DNA from: the human T2T-CHM13v2.0 reference genome, Homo sapiens
Assembly (NCBI RefSeq): GCF_009914755.1
Contig: NC_060935.1
Strand: one strand, 5' to 3'
DNA: 64,000 nt
This document shows, in pieces, positions 32,912 through 57,278 of this stretch. Every line of letters starts with the position of its first letter. Position 1 is the stretch's first letter. Position numbers and translations under genes: made by a program. The notes beneath the pieces were generated by a model. It had not been told where the DNA came from. It was given only the letters and a program-made list of their open reading frames with translations, and ran no database searches.

Positions 32912-33260
32912 TCACCATTATTTTTAAATTACTGAAGCAAAGCCAGGCAGTGCTGGAGCAGCATTCTGAGGCTCTCCAGTGCTGTGGCAGAGGCTAGGTT
33001 GGGGCCTCCAGGTGGAGGTTAGCATTTCCTTTATTCACATCCAACAATGCGTACTAAGTGTCAAGTGCTGGGCATACAGCAGTGACCAAAAGGGGAAAAA
33101 AAATCTATACTTAAGAAAGATACATTCTAATAAAGAGAGCCATTAAACAGACAATTATATACTTCATCAGGAAGTGATAAATGTAAAGAAGAAAAATAAG
33201 ATAGCACATCTGGTTTACAATTCTCCCTTTAACAAGCAACATTTCTTCATGCTGCTGTAG

Positions 33261-33350
33261 GCGACCAACTACAACAGTCACAACTCTCAAAGCAATGGTT
33301 TTCTCCTTCCAACGGCAGGAAAAGGAGCTACTTCAGTCAGCAACAGAGGG
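33261..33350 (+). CDS. DIXDC1: DIXDC1 exon 15 (ATNYNSHNSQSNGF...SVSNRG)
   Basis: ctgtag|GCG, GGG|gtacgt; 90 nt. Confidence 0.93.
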
Positions 33351-33644
33351 GTACGTACCTGGAGTTTTGATGGAGTCCTGCCACTTCTCACTGAAACCAG
33401 AAGAGTGCCAAAGCCATGGCCAGTGGATGAGGCCTTTTATATTCCAGTTCCCTAATTCCTGGATCTGTGGAGTGTGTAAAGATGTGAGGCACTTGCTATC
33501 CAAAATTAAGAATTAGTGGGCAAACCATAGGCCTGCTTCTGTGGGGGAAAAATCTTCTGGAAACTTCTCTCCTATATCCTTTTAAGCCCAGTGGTTGGGA
33601 AGTGGCACCGTGCCATGCCAGCAACACCTTATTTTTGCCCACAG

Positions 33645-33806
33645 ACCAGCGACCTGCAGCTTGTTCGAGATGCTCTCCGCAGCCTGCGCAACAGCTTCAG
33701 TGGCCACGATCCTCAGCACCACACTATTGACAGCTTGGAGCAGGGCATTTCTAGCCTCATGGAGCGCCTGCATGTTATGGAGACGCAGAAGAAACAAGAA
33801 AGAAAG
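33645..33806 (+). CDS. DIXDC1: DIXDC1 exon 16 ([18 protein letters not shown]...KKQERK)
   Basis: ccacag|ACC, AAG|gtaacc; 162 nt. Confidence 0.95.
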
Positions 33807-34321
33807 GTAACCCTCTTGCTGTGGTATCTCTCTTAGGCAAGCTCCTGAGAAAGCTGGGTTTTAAGAATTTTAATTGAGATGAAGGCAGTGTGAAGAGATA
33901 CAAGACCCTGTTAAAGGTTAGAGTTGTTTTTCTCTATTGTTTTTTCTCTCAGTGGAACTGACTATTCATCATGGTATGACAATCCAGAGAAGAAGTTCAT
34001 GGTCATACTTGCTCCCAGCAACTGTAGCTGTGTAAAGATTGTGGCTCTTGACCCCACAGGGTCTCCCTTTACGCTTCTTCCCCTCCCACCTACCCCTGAT
34101 TGAGCTTGGCCTTGGATGAGAAAATATACGGAAAATGCACTGGAAACCAGAAAGCCTTTCATATATATTATTATTGTTAGGATAAATATATTAGATTTTA
34201 TATGTTGTGGAAGAGATGGTAGAAAAGTATGTAGTATTTTAAGCACACTTTTATGATTTAAATTTCTTGGTTAAGTTCTCTCATTGATCATAACTCTTGT
34301 GATTTTTGTGTGGCTCCCCAG

Positions 34322-34388
34322 GTTCGGGTCAAGTCACCCAGAACTCAAGTAGGTAGTGAATACCGGGAGTCCTGGCCCCCTAACTCAA
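34322..34388 (+). CDS. DIXDC1: DIXDC1 exon 17 (VRVKSPRTQVGSEYRESWPPNS)
   Basis: ccccag|GTT, TCAA|gtaagt; 67 nt, phase 1 end. Confidence 0.94.
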
Positions 34389-34794
34389 GTAAGTACCCAT
34401 TTTTGCTCAGTAGGGACTCCTAGCATATTAGACCAGAAATTTAGTATTTTTCACACTACATTTTGGGGATGTAATTTTTCTTGTAGTACTTCACTTTTAT
34501 ACTATTTTGTTTCTGTAGCAATACTGCAATTGAGTTAGTTCTAAGACTATGAAGACATATGCCATCACCACCCCCAGTGCCATTTAGCCACGTGCAGGCA
34601 GGATGCTGTTGACTCAGAGAGGCTAAAATATCTTTGAAGAACACAGAAGCTCAAAAGATTTATGCTGAAAAAGCAAAATATAAAACAACAAAAACACATA
34701 CATACGTAAATTTTTCTACACTCCCAAACAGCACAAAAAAAATTTCCACTTCTTCCTTGAAGCAAGGCGTTTAATTTCTTTGGAGATATTCTTA

Positions 34795-37100
<2,306 letters not shown>

Positions 37101-37559
37101 TAGATATCTCTCTCTGTAGGTCCCAAGGCACTGTAAAGTCATGTCCAAAACTGGACACAAAACAATAGAGAGGGAAAAATACAGAATATACAATCAAACA
37201 GATCTAGGGTACAATTTGGGCTGCACCATTCAGCACAGTGTGTGACCATGGGCAAGAATGTTAATGTCACTGAATCTTAGTTTCCTTTTTTATGGAACCA
37301 AAGTAATATTGAAGAATTTGAGCATTAAATGAAATACATAGAAATCATCTAGTGTACTGTGGAGCATATGAGAGATGCAAGGCAAATGTTTCTCATTCCC
37401 CTCTGGCTGTGCCCTTTCTCTTTCAATATAATTAAATTTCCTGAAAGAGTATTGTACTTTCTGAACCCACTTCCTTTCTTGCCATTTACTCTTAAGGGAA
37501 AACAATAATTATTTCAGATTTAAAATAAAACAGTAGATTAGTGAAATCAAATTGAGAGT

Positions 37560-39720
<2,161 letters not shown>

Positions 39721-39994
39721 GAGATTTTGTAAAAAATAGCAGTTCTGCCTTCTGCCTAGGATGTAGAAAGCCAGAAAGAGCCTTGCTTCTACCCAAAAAA
39801 CAAGAAAAAGTTGGATAATCTAAAAAATCGTAACTTTCTTGAACCCATCAGAGAGATGAAATCATAGTGCAGTCAACTAGCCTGAAAAAGAAACAGGCAC
39901 CTACAAGGAGAGATAGGATACAAGTACTGGCTCACTTGTGGTAGACCCTGGGAGGAAGATGGGGCCACTATACAACAGATAAGAATTCAGCTGA

Positions 39995-40338
<344 letters not shown>

Positions 40339-40431
40339 TAGGAACCTTGGGAGCCACAGACACGAGGAATTTGCACCCACTTGCAGACACTTTTTCATGA
40401 CTACCAGGTGCTTATGAAAATGTTGGTTGTG

Positions 40432-42460
<2,029 letters not shown>

Positions 42461-43674
42461 AAAAGGTTGGCTGTGGGGATAGAGTCTAAAGAAACCCTCC
42501 CTCCCTCCTTCATGGAGCAAGGGAGCAGCTGCCACTGCAGGAAAGGCATGAAGCCACATCCAGACCATTCTCGCTTACGGAGCAAAGCCTTAAGCCACTG
42601 TGGAAGCGAAGTAAATCCTGTTGACCCCTCCGTCCCTGCTCTAGGCAAAGGTGAAGACCCATTACAGCTAGTGGGGATGGAAAGGAAAAGGAACACTACC
42701 TTGGCAGAGGGGCAGGAAACTATCTTGGACTCAGATTGTAAGAGGTCGCCTACCACTGGGGGAGGGACAGGATCACTGAGAAAACCCCACTTAAAAACTG
42801 GGGCTGCGTCAGGACAACAGAGAAGCACTGCTCATCCCCCACCACCAGGGGAGCAAGCACTGTTCAATTAGGAGCAGTGGACTGCTTCTGAGGCAGGAAA
42901 CAGCATACAGAGACTGACTGAGGCACAGGCATATGAGGAAAGCCTACAGCTGAGGGAGGGGAAGGAACATTGAGGAACGACCCTCCAACAAGCAGCTGTC
43001 CCTAAACCTAACTCTAGAAGACTTGGAAAATGGTGGTGCACTGAAGGTAACCTTAACAAAAATCTCAATCCCAGCTCAGCTTCTGACCAAATTAACTCAA
43101 CTGTCCCTACCGATGGCCTGGAAGAACAAACAGTGTGCCCATTTCTAAACAGATACTTTTACCTCTGTCTCTCCTGTCTTAACATATGTCTGGCATTCAA
43201 TAAGAAATTATGAGGCATCCACAAGAGCAAGAGAAAAACGAAGCCACTGTGAAGAGCGAAAGCAGTCAACAGAATCAAACTCATATATGACAAGGATGTC
43301 GAAACCATCAGACAAGGAATTTAAAGTAACTGATTCATATGTTAAAGGCTGTAGTGAAAATGTTGATAACATGCACATACAGGTGAGGAAGACTCAACTA
43401 CTGTTTATAGGAAACCCACTATAAATATAATGATATAAATGGATTTAAAAGTAAAAAGATGGATAAAGATATACCATGGAAACACTAATCAAAAGGAAGT
43501 GTGGTTATATTAGTATCTGATAAAGTATACTTGAGAACAAGGAATCATTCCAGGTATAAAGATGATACATAATAATAAAAAGGTCAATTCACCGAGAAGA
43601 CATAATAATCCTAAATGTGTGTATACCCAATAACAGCTTTGAAATACCTGAAGCAGCCCAGGCACTGTGGCTCA

Positions 43675-43965
<291 letters not shown>

Positions 43966-45085
43966 TCAAAAAATACATGAAACAAAAACTGAAAGGAGAA
44001 ATAGATAAATCTAGTTACAATTGGAGGCTTTAATATTTCTTCTTTGCAGTAATCAGTAGAAGTAGTGTACAGAACATCAATAAGAATATAGAAAACCTGG
44101 GCCGGGTGTGGTGGCTTATGACTATAATCCCAGCACTTTGGGAGGCCAAGGCGGGCAGATTACTTGAGGTCAGGAGGACAGTGGGTGTAGCCCACGGAGG
44201 GTGAACCAAAGCAGGGCAGGGCGTCGCCTCACCCAGGAAGCGCAAGGCGTTGGGAGATTTCCCTTTCCTAGACAAAGGAAGCCCTGACAGACTGTACCTG
44301 GAAAAAACGGAACACTCCTCCCCCAAATACTGCGCGTTTTCAACAGTCTTAGCAAATGCAGACCAGGAGCTACTATCCAGTGCCTGGCTCGGTGGTTCCC
44401 ACACCCACAGAGCCTTGCTCACAGCTAGTGCAGCAGTCAGAGATTGAACTGCGAGGCAACAGCCTGGCAGGGGGAGGGGCACCTGCCATTGCTGAGGCTT
44501 GAGTAGGTAAACAAAGCTGCCTGGAAGCTCAAACTGGGCGGAGCCCACCACAGCTCAGCTAGGCCTGCTGATTCTGTAGCCCCCACCTCTGGGAGCAGGG
44601 CATAGCTGAACAAAAGGCAGCAGAAACTTCTGCATACTTAAACGTCCCTGTCTGACAGCTCTGAAGAGAGCAGTGGTTCTACCAGCATGGCGTTTGAGCT
44701 CTGAGAACGGACAGACTGCCTCCTCAAGTGGGTCCCTGACCCCTGTGTAGCCTAACTGGGAGACACCTCCCAGTAGGGGATGACTTACATCTCATACAGG
44801 CAAGTGCCCCTCTGGGACAAAGCTTACAGAGGAAGGATCAGGCAATATTTGCTGTTCTGCAATATTTGCTGTTCTGCAGCCTCCACTGGTGATACCCAGG
44901 CAAACAGGGTCTGGAGTGGACCTCCAGCAAACTCCAACAGACCTGCAGCTGAGGGACCTGACTGTTAGAAGGAAAACTAACGAACAGAAAGGAATAGCAT
45001 CAGCATCCACAAAAAGGACATCCACACCAAAACCTCATCTCTAGGTCACCAACATCAAAGACCAAAGGTAGATAAAACCACAAAG

Positions 45086-46098
45086 ATGGGGAGAAACCAG
45101 AGCAGAAAAGCTGAAGATTCTAAAAACGAGAGTACCTCTTCTCCTCCAAAGGATCGCAGCTCCTCACCAGCAAGGGAACAAAGTTGGACGGAGAATGACT
45201 TTGATGAGTTGACAGAAGTCGGCTTCAGAAGGTCGGTAATAAACTTCTCCGAGCTAGAGGAGGATGTTTGAACCCATTGCAAGGAAGCTAGAAACCTTGA
45301 AAAAAGATTAGATGAATGGCTAACTAGAATAAACAGTGTAGAGAAGACCTTAAATGACCTGATGGAGCTGAAAACCATGGCATGAGAACTTTGTGATGCA
45401 CGCACAAGCTTCAATAGCCAATGCGATCAAGTGGAAGAAAGGGTATCAGTGATTGAAGATCAAATTAATGAAATAAAGTGAGAAGAGAAGTTTAGAGAGA
45501 AAAGAGTAAAAAGCAACGAACAAAGCCTCCAAGAAACATGGGACTATGTGAAAAGACCAAATCTACGTTTGATTGGTGTACCTGAAAGTGACAGGGAGAA
45601 TGGAACCAAGTTGGAAAACACTGTTCAGGATATTATCCAGGAATACTTACCCAATCTAGCAAGGCAGGCCAACATCCAAATCTAGGAAATACAGAGAACA
45701 CCACAAAGATACTCCTCAAGAAGAGCAACCCCAAGACACATAATTATCAGATTCACCAAGGTGGAAATGAAGGAAAAAATGTTAAGGGCAGCCAGAGAGA
45801 AAGGTCAGGTTACCCACAAAGGGAAACCCATCAGACTAACAGCGGATCTCTCGACAGAAACTCTACAAGCCAGAAGAGAGTGGGGGCCAATATTCAACAT
45901 TCTTAAAGAAAAGAGTTTTCAACGCAAAATTTCATATCCAGCCAAACTAAGCTTCATAAGTGAAGGAGAAATAAAATCCTTAACAGACAAGCAAATGCTA
46001 AGAGATTCTGTCACCACCAGGACTGCCTTACAAGAGCTCCTGAAGGAAGCACTAAACATGGAAAGGAACAACCGGTACCAGCCACTGCAAAAACATGC
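45086..46098 (+). pseudogene. L1 ORF1p remnant
   Basis: MGRNQSRKAE... and ...QARREWGPIFNILKEK fragments; nonsense codons, e.g. TGA at 45269. Confidence 0.9.
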
Positions 46099-46172
46099 CA
46101 AATTGTCAAGACCATCGATGCTATGATGAAACTTGCATCAATTAATGGGCAAAATAAGCAGCTAACATCATA

Positions 46173-49990
<3,818 letters not shown>

Positions 49991-50225
49991 ACAATGAGAA
50001 CACATGGACACAGGGCGGGGAACATCACACACTGGAGCCTGTCGTGGAGGGGGGGACGGGGGGAGGGATAGCATTAGGAGAAATACCTAATGTAAATGAC
50101 AAGTTGATGGGTGCAGCAAACCCACATGGCACATGTATACCTATGTAACAAACCTGCACGTTGTGCACATGCACCCTAGAACTTAAAGTATAGTAAAAAA
50201 GGAAAAAGGAAAAGAAAAACCCTCA

Positions 50226-50830
50226 TGAAAATCTTAGGTATAAACTTCATAAAATATGTGCAATGACTATACTGACAAGTATAAAATAAGGATGAAATAA
50301 AGATTTAAATAAACGGAGAGATATACTGTTTATGGATTGGAGTACTCAACATTGTTAAGATGGCCTATTCTTCCACAAATGATCTATAGCTTCAATGCAG
50401 TTCCAGTGAAAATCCTACCAGGCTTTTGTAGATATAAACAAGCCAATTCTAAAATTTATAGGAAAGAATAAGGGGACTAGAATTAACTGCCCTCCCAACC
50501 CAAATGGTGAAAAAGATGAACAGTGCAGTTGGTGGACCATACTGTCTGATATCAAAATTAACTGTAAAGTTAGGGTAATCAAGACAGTGTAGTATTGGTG
50601 AATTGGTAGATACATAGATGAGTGGAACAGCATAGAGTTAAAAATAGACACATTTTACCAGTTGATTTTCTACAATAGTGCAAAGACAATTGAATGATAA
50701 AGGGATAGGCTTTTCAAAAACGGTGCTAGAAAAGTTAAAGATCTATTTTTTTAAGTGAGTTTGACCTATACTTCATACCATATGCAAAAATCAACTCCAA
50801 ATGGATAAGCCTAAACTTATAAGCTATAAC
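50226..50830 (+). mobile_element. Continuation of old L1M ORF2 (post-RT region)
   Basis: cttaggtataaac..aaaatatgtgcaa, tatggattgg..actcaacattgttaagatg, degenerate L1 ORF2. Confidence 0.7.
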
Positions 50831-51218
50831 TATTAATCACCTGTTTTGTGGTACTTTTCAAAATCATGTATTAAATTTGTAGATATACACAAGGATATGT
50901 TTCTGAGCCACTTATCCTGCATGAGTTTTTTTGTACGTGTTTTTTATAGTAATGCCATAATACTGTAATAACTATCATTTTGTCATACGGCTTTATGTTG
51001 GGTGAGACAAGTTCTCCCTCATTACTCTTATTTTGCTTTTTTACTTGAAAAGTCTATGCAATCCAACTCATTCTTCATTAGTCATCTGAATCGACTTTTC
51101 ACTAGTATCATCAATGATATTTTTACCAAAGCAGTCTTTGCCTATTAGACCCCTGTGTAGCATTTGACATCATGATTACTCTCTCTTTGACATTCTCCCC
51201 AAATGTGTACATAACATT

Positions 51219-51604
51219 TGTATTAGTCAGCTTGGGCTGCCATTGCAAAATACCTTCAACTCTCTTAAACGACGTAAATTAATTTTCTCACAGTTCTGGA
51301 GGCTAGAAGTACAAGATCAGGTTGCCAGCATGGCCAGGTTTTGGTGAGGGCTCCTTGCCTGGCTTGTAGAAGGCACGTTGTCTCTGTGTCCTCACATGGG
51401 GGAGAGAAAGCTCTGGTATCTCTTATAAGGACTAGTTCTGTTGGATCAGGGCTCCACCCGTATGACCTCATTTAATCTTAATTACCTCCTTAAAGGCCCT
51501 ATCTCCAAAACAGTCAAATAGCAGATAAGGGCTTCAACATATGAAGTTGACGGGTCGGGGGGTGGGGGTGGGGTGGGGGGGGGGAACAAATTCAGTCCAT
51601 AGCA
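51219..51604 (-). mobile_element. MaLR solo LTR (MLT1A-like)
   Basis: TG...CA ends (tgtattagtc...tccatagca); cagttctggaggctagaag core; imperfect TSD acatt/atatt. Confidence 0.8.
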
Positions 51605-52011
51605 ATATTATTTTCATATTTATTTTATTGTATGGTAACTGTTTTGCTATTTCACTCCACTAGACTTTTGAGCTCCTTAAGGGTGGGGATTATATCTAAT
51701 TTATTTGTGTATCTCTAATACTTGATACATAATAAGGCACCCTATAAACATTTAAAATGAATAATGAGATGACGTAATTCATCTTGTGTTCCCCTGTCTT
51801 AGGTAATGGTATTACCATGTATCTGTCTTCCCAGGTTGTAAATCTCAGTCATTGTTTACTTTTCCCTTTTATATACCCTATGTTCAACTATATCCCTAGT
51901 ACTAAGACTTTGACTTTCTAAAGGTCTTTCAAATTCATCCCTTCTCTGGCTCCAGGGCTACATCTTTCCTATCATCATGTGTCAGATTGTTTTTATTGCC
52001 TCTTAACAGGA

Positions 52012-52417
52012 TGTCTTAGTCAGTTGAGTGTTGCCATAAAGGAATACCTGAGGCTAGGTAACTTAGGAGGAAAAGAGGTTTGTTTGGCTCACAATTCGGC
52101 TGGCTGGAAAGTTGGGCATCTGGTGAAAGCCTCAATCGGCTTTCACTCACGGCAGAAGGCAAATGGGAGTTGGCATGTGCTGAGATTACATGGAGAGAGG
52201 AAGCAAGAGAGTGGAGGGAGGTGCCAGGCTCTTTTTAACAAGCAGTTTTGTGGGAACTAATGGGTGAGTACTCACTCCTCCTCCCCAAGGAGGGCATTAA
52301 TCTAGTCTTGAGGAATCTGCCTCCATGACCCAAACACTTCCCATTAGGCCCCACCTCCAACATTGGGGATCAACTTTCAACATGAGGTGTTGGGGGACAA
52401 ACACCCAAACTACTGCA
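52012..52417 (-). mobile_element. MaLR solo LTR (MST-like)
   Basis: tgtcttagtc...actactgca with a perfect 5-bp TSD cagga (52007-52011, 52418-52422). Confidence 0.85.
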
Positions 52418-53111
52418 CAGGATTTCTGGCTTCCAGTTTGTCCCATCCAATCCATACTTTGCTGCGAGATCAACTTTTCTAAAATGCCAGTCTAATCATA
52501 TCACTACCTTTTAGTAACTTTCCATAGCTTAAGACTAACATCTTGAACTCTTACCCTGTCAGAGTCTTTTGTGATCTGGCTGCTGCCTACTTAATTACCT
52601 CACAACTTCCCAATGTATTCATTATGCTCCAGCCTTACTAATTCACCTACAGTTTTGTAAATATATGATCCCATTTCATGCTTCTGCACCTGTCCTTCCC
52701 TCTTCTTGGAATACTCTTTTCAACTTTAGTATCTCGTGATTTTTAAAAGGTGCTTTTAAAAAGGACTCTCCAACCATGGGCCCTTCCTGACCTGTTCCAG
52801 GTGGAATTAACCTCGCCATCTTCAGTCTTCCAATACAGCTTGTAGAAATCTGATTTTAGTGTATTGTAATTATTTGTAATTGTATCCATCATCCATACTA
52901 AATGATAAACTCTTGGGAGGTTGGAGACCACATATAGTTTATTTTTATATTCTCAAATCGAACACACAGTAGGTAATAAATGTTTGTTGAATGAATGAAT
53001 AAATTAAATATATAGCTTTAATGTTAAAAGTGAGTATTTTATTTATTCAACAACCACTGTGTGCTGGGCACTGTGCTAGATGCTGGGGCAAAGGAGAATT
53101 ATGGCATGTAG

Positions 53112-54377
<1,266 letters not shown>

Positions 54378-54932
54378 GTTTATCAACAAACCTGTGTTAA
54401 AGACCATGGCATCAACACTATAGATCTTAAGTTGCTAAGGTTCTGTACCTTTTAGACTGGGAGCATAAGCCCCTTGGGATCTGAGTTTCTAAGGTTGCTT
54501 TGCTTCTGTGGTTCTTGTTCCTATCGGTTTTTCTTTCTATGAGTCACATGAGTATTCTCTACTACGGACCTCCAAAACCTAAATATTGGCAGAGTCTACA
54601 GCTTCTGCTGTGTGTCTACCCTGCCTGGCTGAAATCTTCCCATGCTTCTCTGTCCTTTTTTGATCTTTAACAATGATACCTGTCATATCAGTTGCTGTTC
54701 CCCTACTATGAGTGAGGAGTGATGAGTCCTCGCGATCGTGTCCATGTCTGAAGCAAGTCTTGTCCTCGTGGTCCTAGGCAACCATAGCATATGGACATTG
54801 TGTTTGGCAAGGGTGTGAGAGCTGTGGGCTGTGACCTCAGGCAGCTTTGTTCTCCCGGGACACTTTGAATAACTGCAGATGGCTGGTTTAGAGCAAATGA
54901 ATGTTCTAACCACAGTCTCTTTCTGATTGTAG

Positions 54933-55038
54933 AGTTGCCTCACTCACAGAGCTCTCCAACTGTCAGCAGCACCTGTACTAAAGTGCTCTATTTCACTGAC
55001 CGGTCACTTACGCCCTTCATGGTCAATATACCAAAGAG
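54933..55038 (+). CDS. DIXDC1: DIXDC1 exon 18 (KLPHSQSSP...TKVLYFTDRSLTPFMVNIPK), DIX domain start
   Basis: ttgtag|AGTTG, AAGAG|gtgaga; 106 nt; TKVLYF is a DIX (Dvl/Axin) N-terminal motif. Confidence 0.96.
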
Positions 55039-56018
55039 GTGAGATTCTGGGATCATTGTATTTCACTGTAAAGAAGGAAAGGAAGGCAGAACCTCATTAG
55101 TTACTGCCCACATGAGCAGCTGAAAGGTGTTTGAGAAGCAGTATAGTGAGATCTCACTATAGTGAGATAAGCCAGAGAGACAGATTCTAGTTTCAGCTTT
55201 GCCACTATTCAGTGGTATTATAAAGGACAAGTCATGATCTACTACTAGATACAGGTACAATAATAGTACTTCCAATCCTGATAACTATGCAAATATGGCT
55301 CTGCATTTGGGAAAATCTTTTTTTTTTTTTTTAAGTGTTCAAAATAGCTCCTGCTGATACAATGGATTGCAGCCTGGCACTCACTCCAGGACTATGACTA
55401 ATTGATCTTTGTTACTATTCAATGACTGCAGCTAATCCCTATTGAGAAATTATGTCAAAAACCTTCCAGAAAGTTAATGTGCTTCCTTTTAAGGGAAATG
55501 GTTTTGAAATAGAAATATTTAAACTCTGCAACCAACTATTGAGAGAGGTTATAGGATTTTTCTTACTTAGTCTGCTTATTTAGTCTGGGTTAGAAGCCAG
55601 CTTCCTAAAGATAGAGGGATAAAGATCATGATACTTGATTTGATTCTACCATCCTAGAGAATTGGGATATTGTAGCAAAGAAGAAAATCAAGAGAACTTT
55701 GATATATTTATGGTTATTCAACAAATTTTATTTCAGGGACTTTATATCTTATTTCCAGAGAAAAGTGATTTGGCTTCTGAAGCAATAAGTCAATTTTAAA
55801 TTCTCACATCACCCCATATTTAATACTGTTTTCATTCCCTAGTGATGACTGGTTCTCCAGCCTCTGCTGTTTTAGTCATCTGGGTTATCGGGGCAGTGAC
55901 CTAACAAGGGGCTATTTCTGCTTATTGACTTTGGCAGGGGGCTGTGTTTAAAGTTAACATCTTATCTTTCCAGCTATTGATCAACAGTCTATTTTAGTGC
56001 TCTCTCCTTGTGTTGCAG

Positions 56019-56127
56019 GTTGGAGGAGGTGACGTTAAAGGATTTTAAAGCAGCTATTGATCGGGAAGGAAATCACCGGTATCACTTCAAAGCACTGGAT
56101 CCTGAGTTTGGCACTGTCAAAGAGGAG
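56019..56127 (+). CDS. DIXDC1: DIXDC1 exon 19 ([13 protein letters not shown]...[14 protein letters not shown]), DIX core
   Basis: ttgcag|GTTG, GAG|gtaaag; 109 nt; VTLxDFK and FK..D.EFG.VKEE are DIX signatures. Confidence 0.97.
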
Positions 56128-57197
56128 GTAAAGAATCTGTGGGGAGTCTGTATGGTATTATTGGTCCTTTCTGAACCCTGAAGCCTCCTGTTCAAGCACT
56201 AGTGTCCAGAAGTACATGAGTTCCCTGACTAGGTCAGAAGAATTTGCCAGAGCCTCAGACCATGGTCTGATTACTCTAGACAAGTGGTCATAGAATAGTC
56301 CAAGATGCTGATAGGTTCTTTAGTTGTAGGACTTCATCATTTGACTGAGAACTTGGATATAATTTTTATTTTAAATTATTTTGTTAGGGAAAATAAAGAA
56401 CCTAAGACAATAAATAATTTTCCATCTGCAGCCAAATCTTAGAAAACTTCTTGCTTCCTATGTAGAGCAAAATAAACACGCATGGATATATGGAACTGTG
56501 TATTTCTCATAATGAAATCAAGGAACTTCTAGGGAGTTATGTATGCTTATGCCCAACTCCTTGAGTAAGTATTTTCTTAGCCTACGCGTCTCTTTATAAT
56601 CCATTTGTCAAAGATAGACTTTTGGGGGAATACAGTTCTGGGTTATATAGTATTACAAGTGGATTCACTGCAGTTACAGAATGAAAAAAGTTATTATAGA
56701 GAAAGTAAAATTTTATTTTGTAAACATTTCCTCAGTGAAATGTTTTAGTAACCCTGTTTTATTAGTGGCTTAGGAAATGAGTTGAATGAATTAATGAAAA
56801 TAACTGCATCTGAGAAATGTGTTAAAATGAGTCTTTTTTCCCCACCCTTTCTTTACATTGCCTGGTAACTAAATTTTCCACTTTCTCATTTTTAAAATAC
56901 TTAACACTACATCTTTCCTCTAAGAAGCCCAAAGTACTTTGTGATTGGTAATTTATTAATTCTTACAAATCTCTATGAGCAAAGTAGTATCAGGCATTTT
57001 TTAAAACCATTTCATAGATGTGGATCTAAGAAAAAAATAAAATATCAGTTGCAGTTCTAGGGACAAGACCAAAAGGACATAGACTCTTAACTCAAGGCTT
57101 TCTTCTACATGGTTGAGGTCTTATTTTTATTAGCAGCAATTGTTTAGTGAATCAGATTCCCTGTTTTTTCACTGTGGCTTTTTGTTTTTTTCTCTAG

Positions 57198-57278
57198 ATT
57201 TTCCATGATGATGATGCCATCCCTGGATGGGAAGGGAAAATTGTAGCTTGGGTGGAAGAAGACCATGGAGAGAATTAA
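57198..57278 (+). CDS. DIXDC1: DIXDC1 exon 20 coding part (IFHDDDAIPGWEGKIVAWVEEDHGEN*)
   Basis: ctctag|ATT, TAA at 57276-57278; total CDS 2052 nt with exon 1. Confidence 0.97.
   Translation: MFHDDDAIPGWEGKIVAWVEEDHGEN

Noticed and set aside
44843-44880. Tandem caatatttgctgttctg duplication in the L1 5' UTR
   Set aside because: Recalled as a feature of this L1PA lineage rather than locus-specific; not verified
55960-56062. Upstream acceptor tctttccag 45 nt before exon 19, with the 12-mer cagctattgatc repeated inside the exon
   Set aside because: Use would introduce an immediate TGA; no evidence of use, and the 12-mer repeat is plausibly chance
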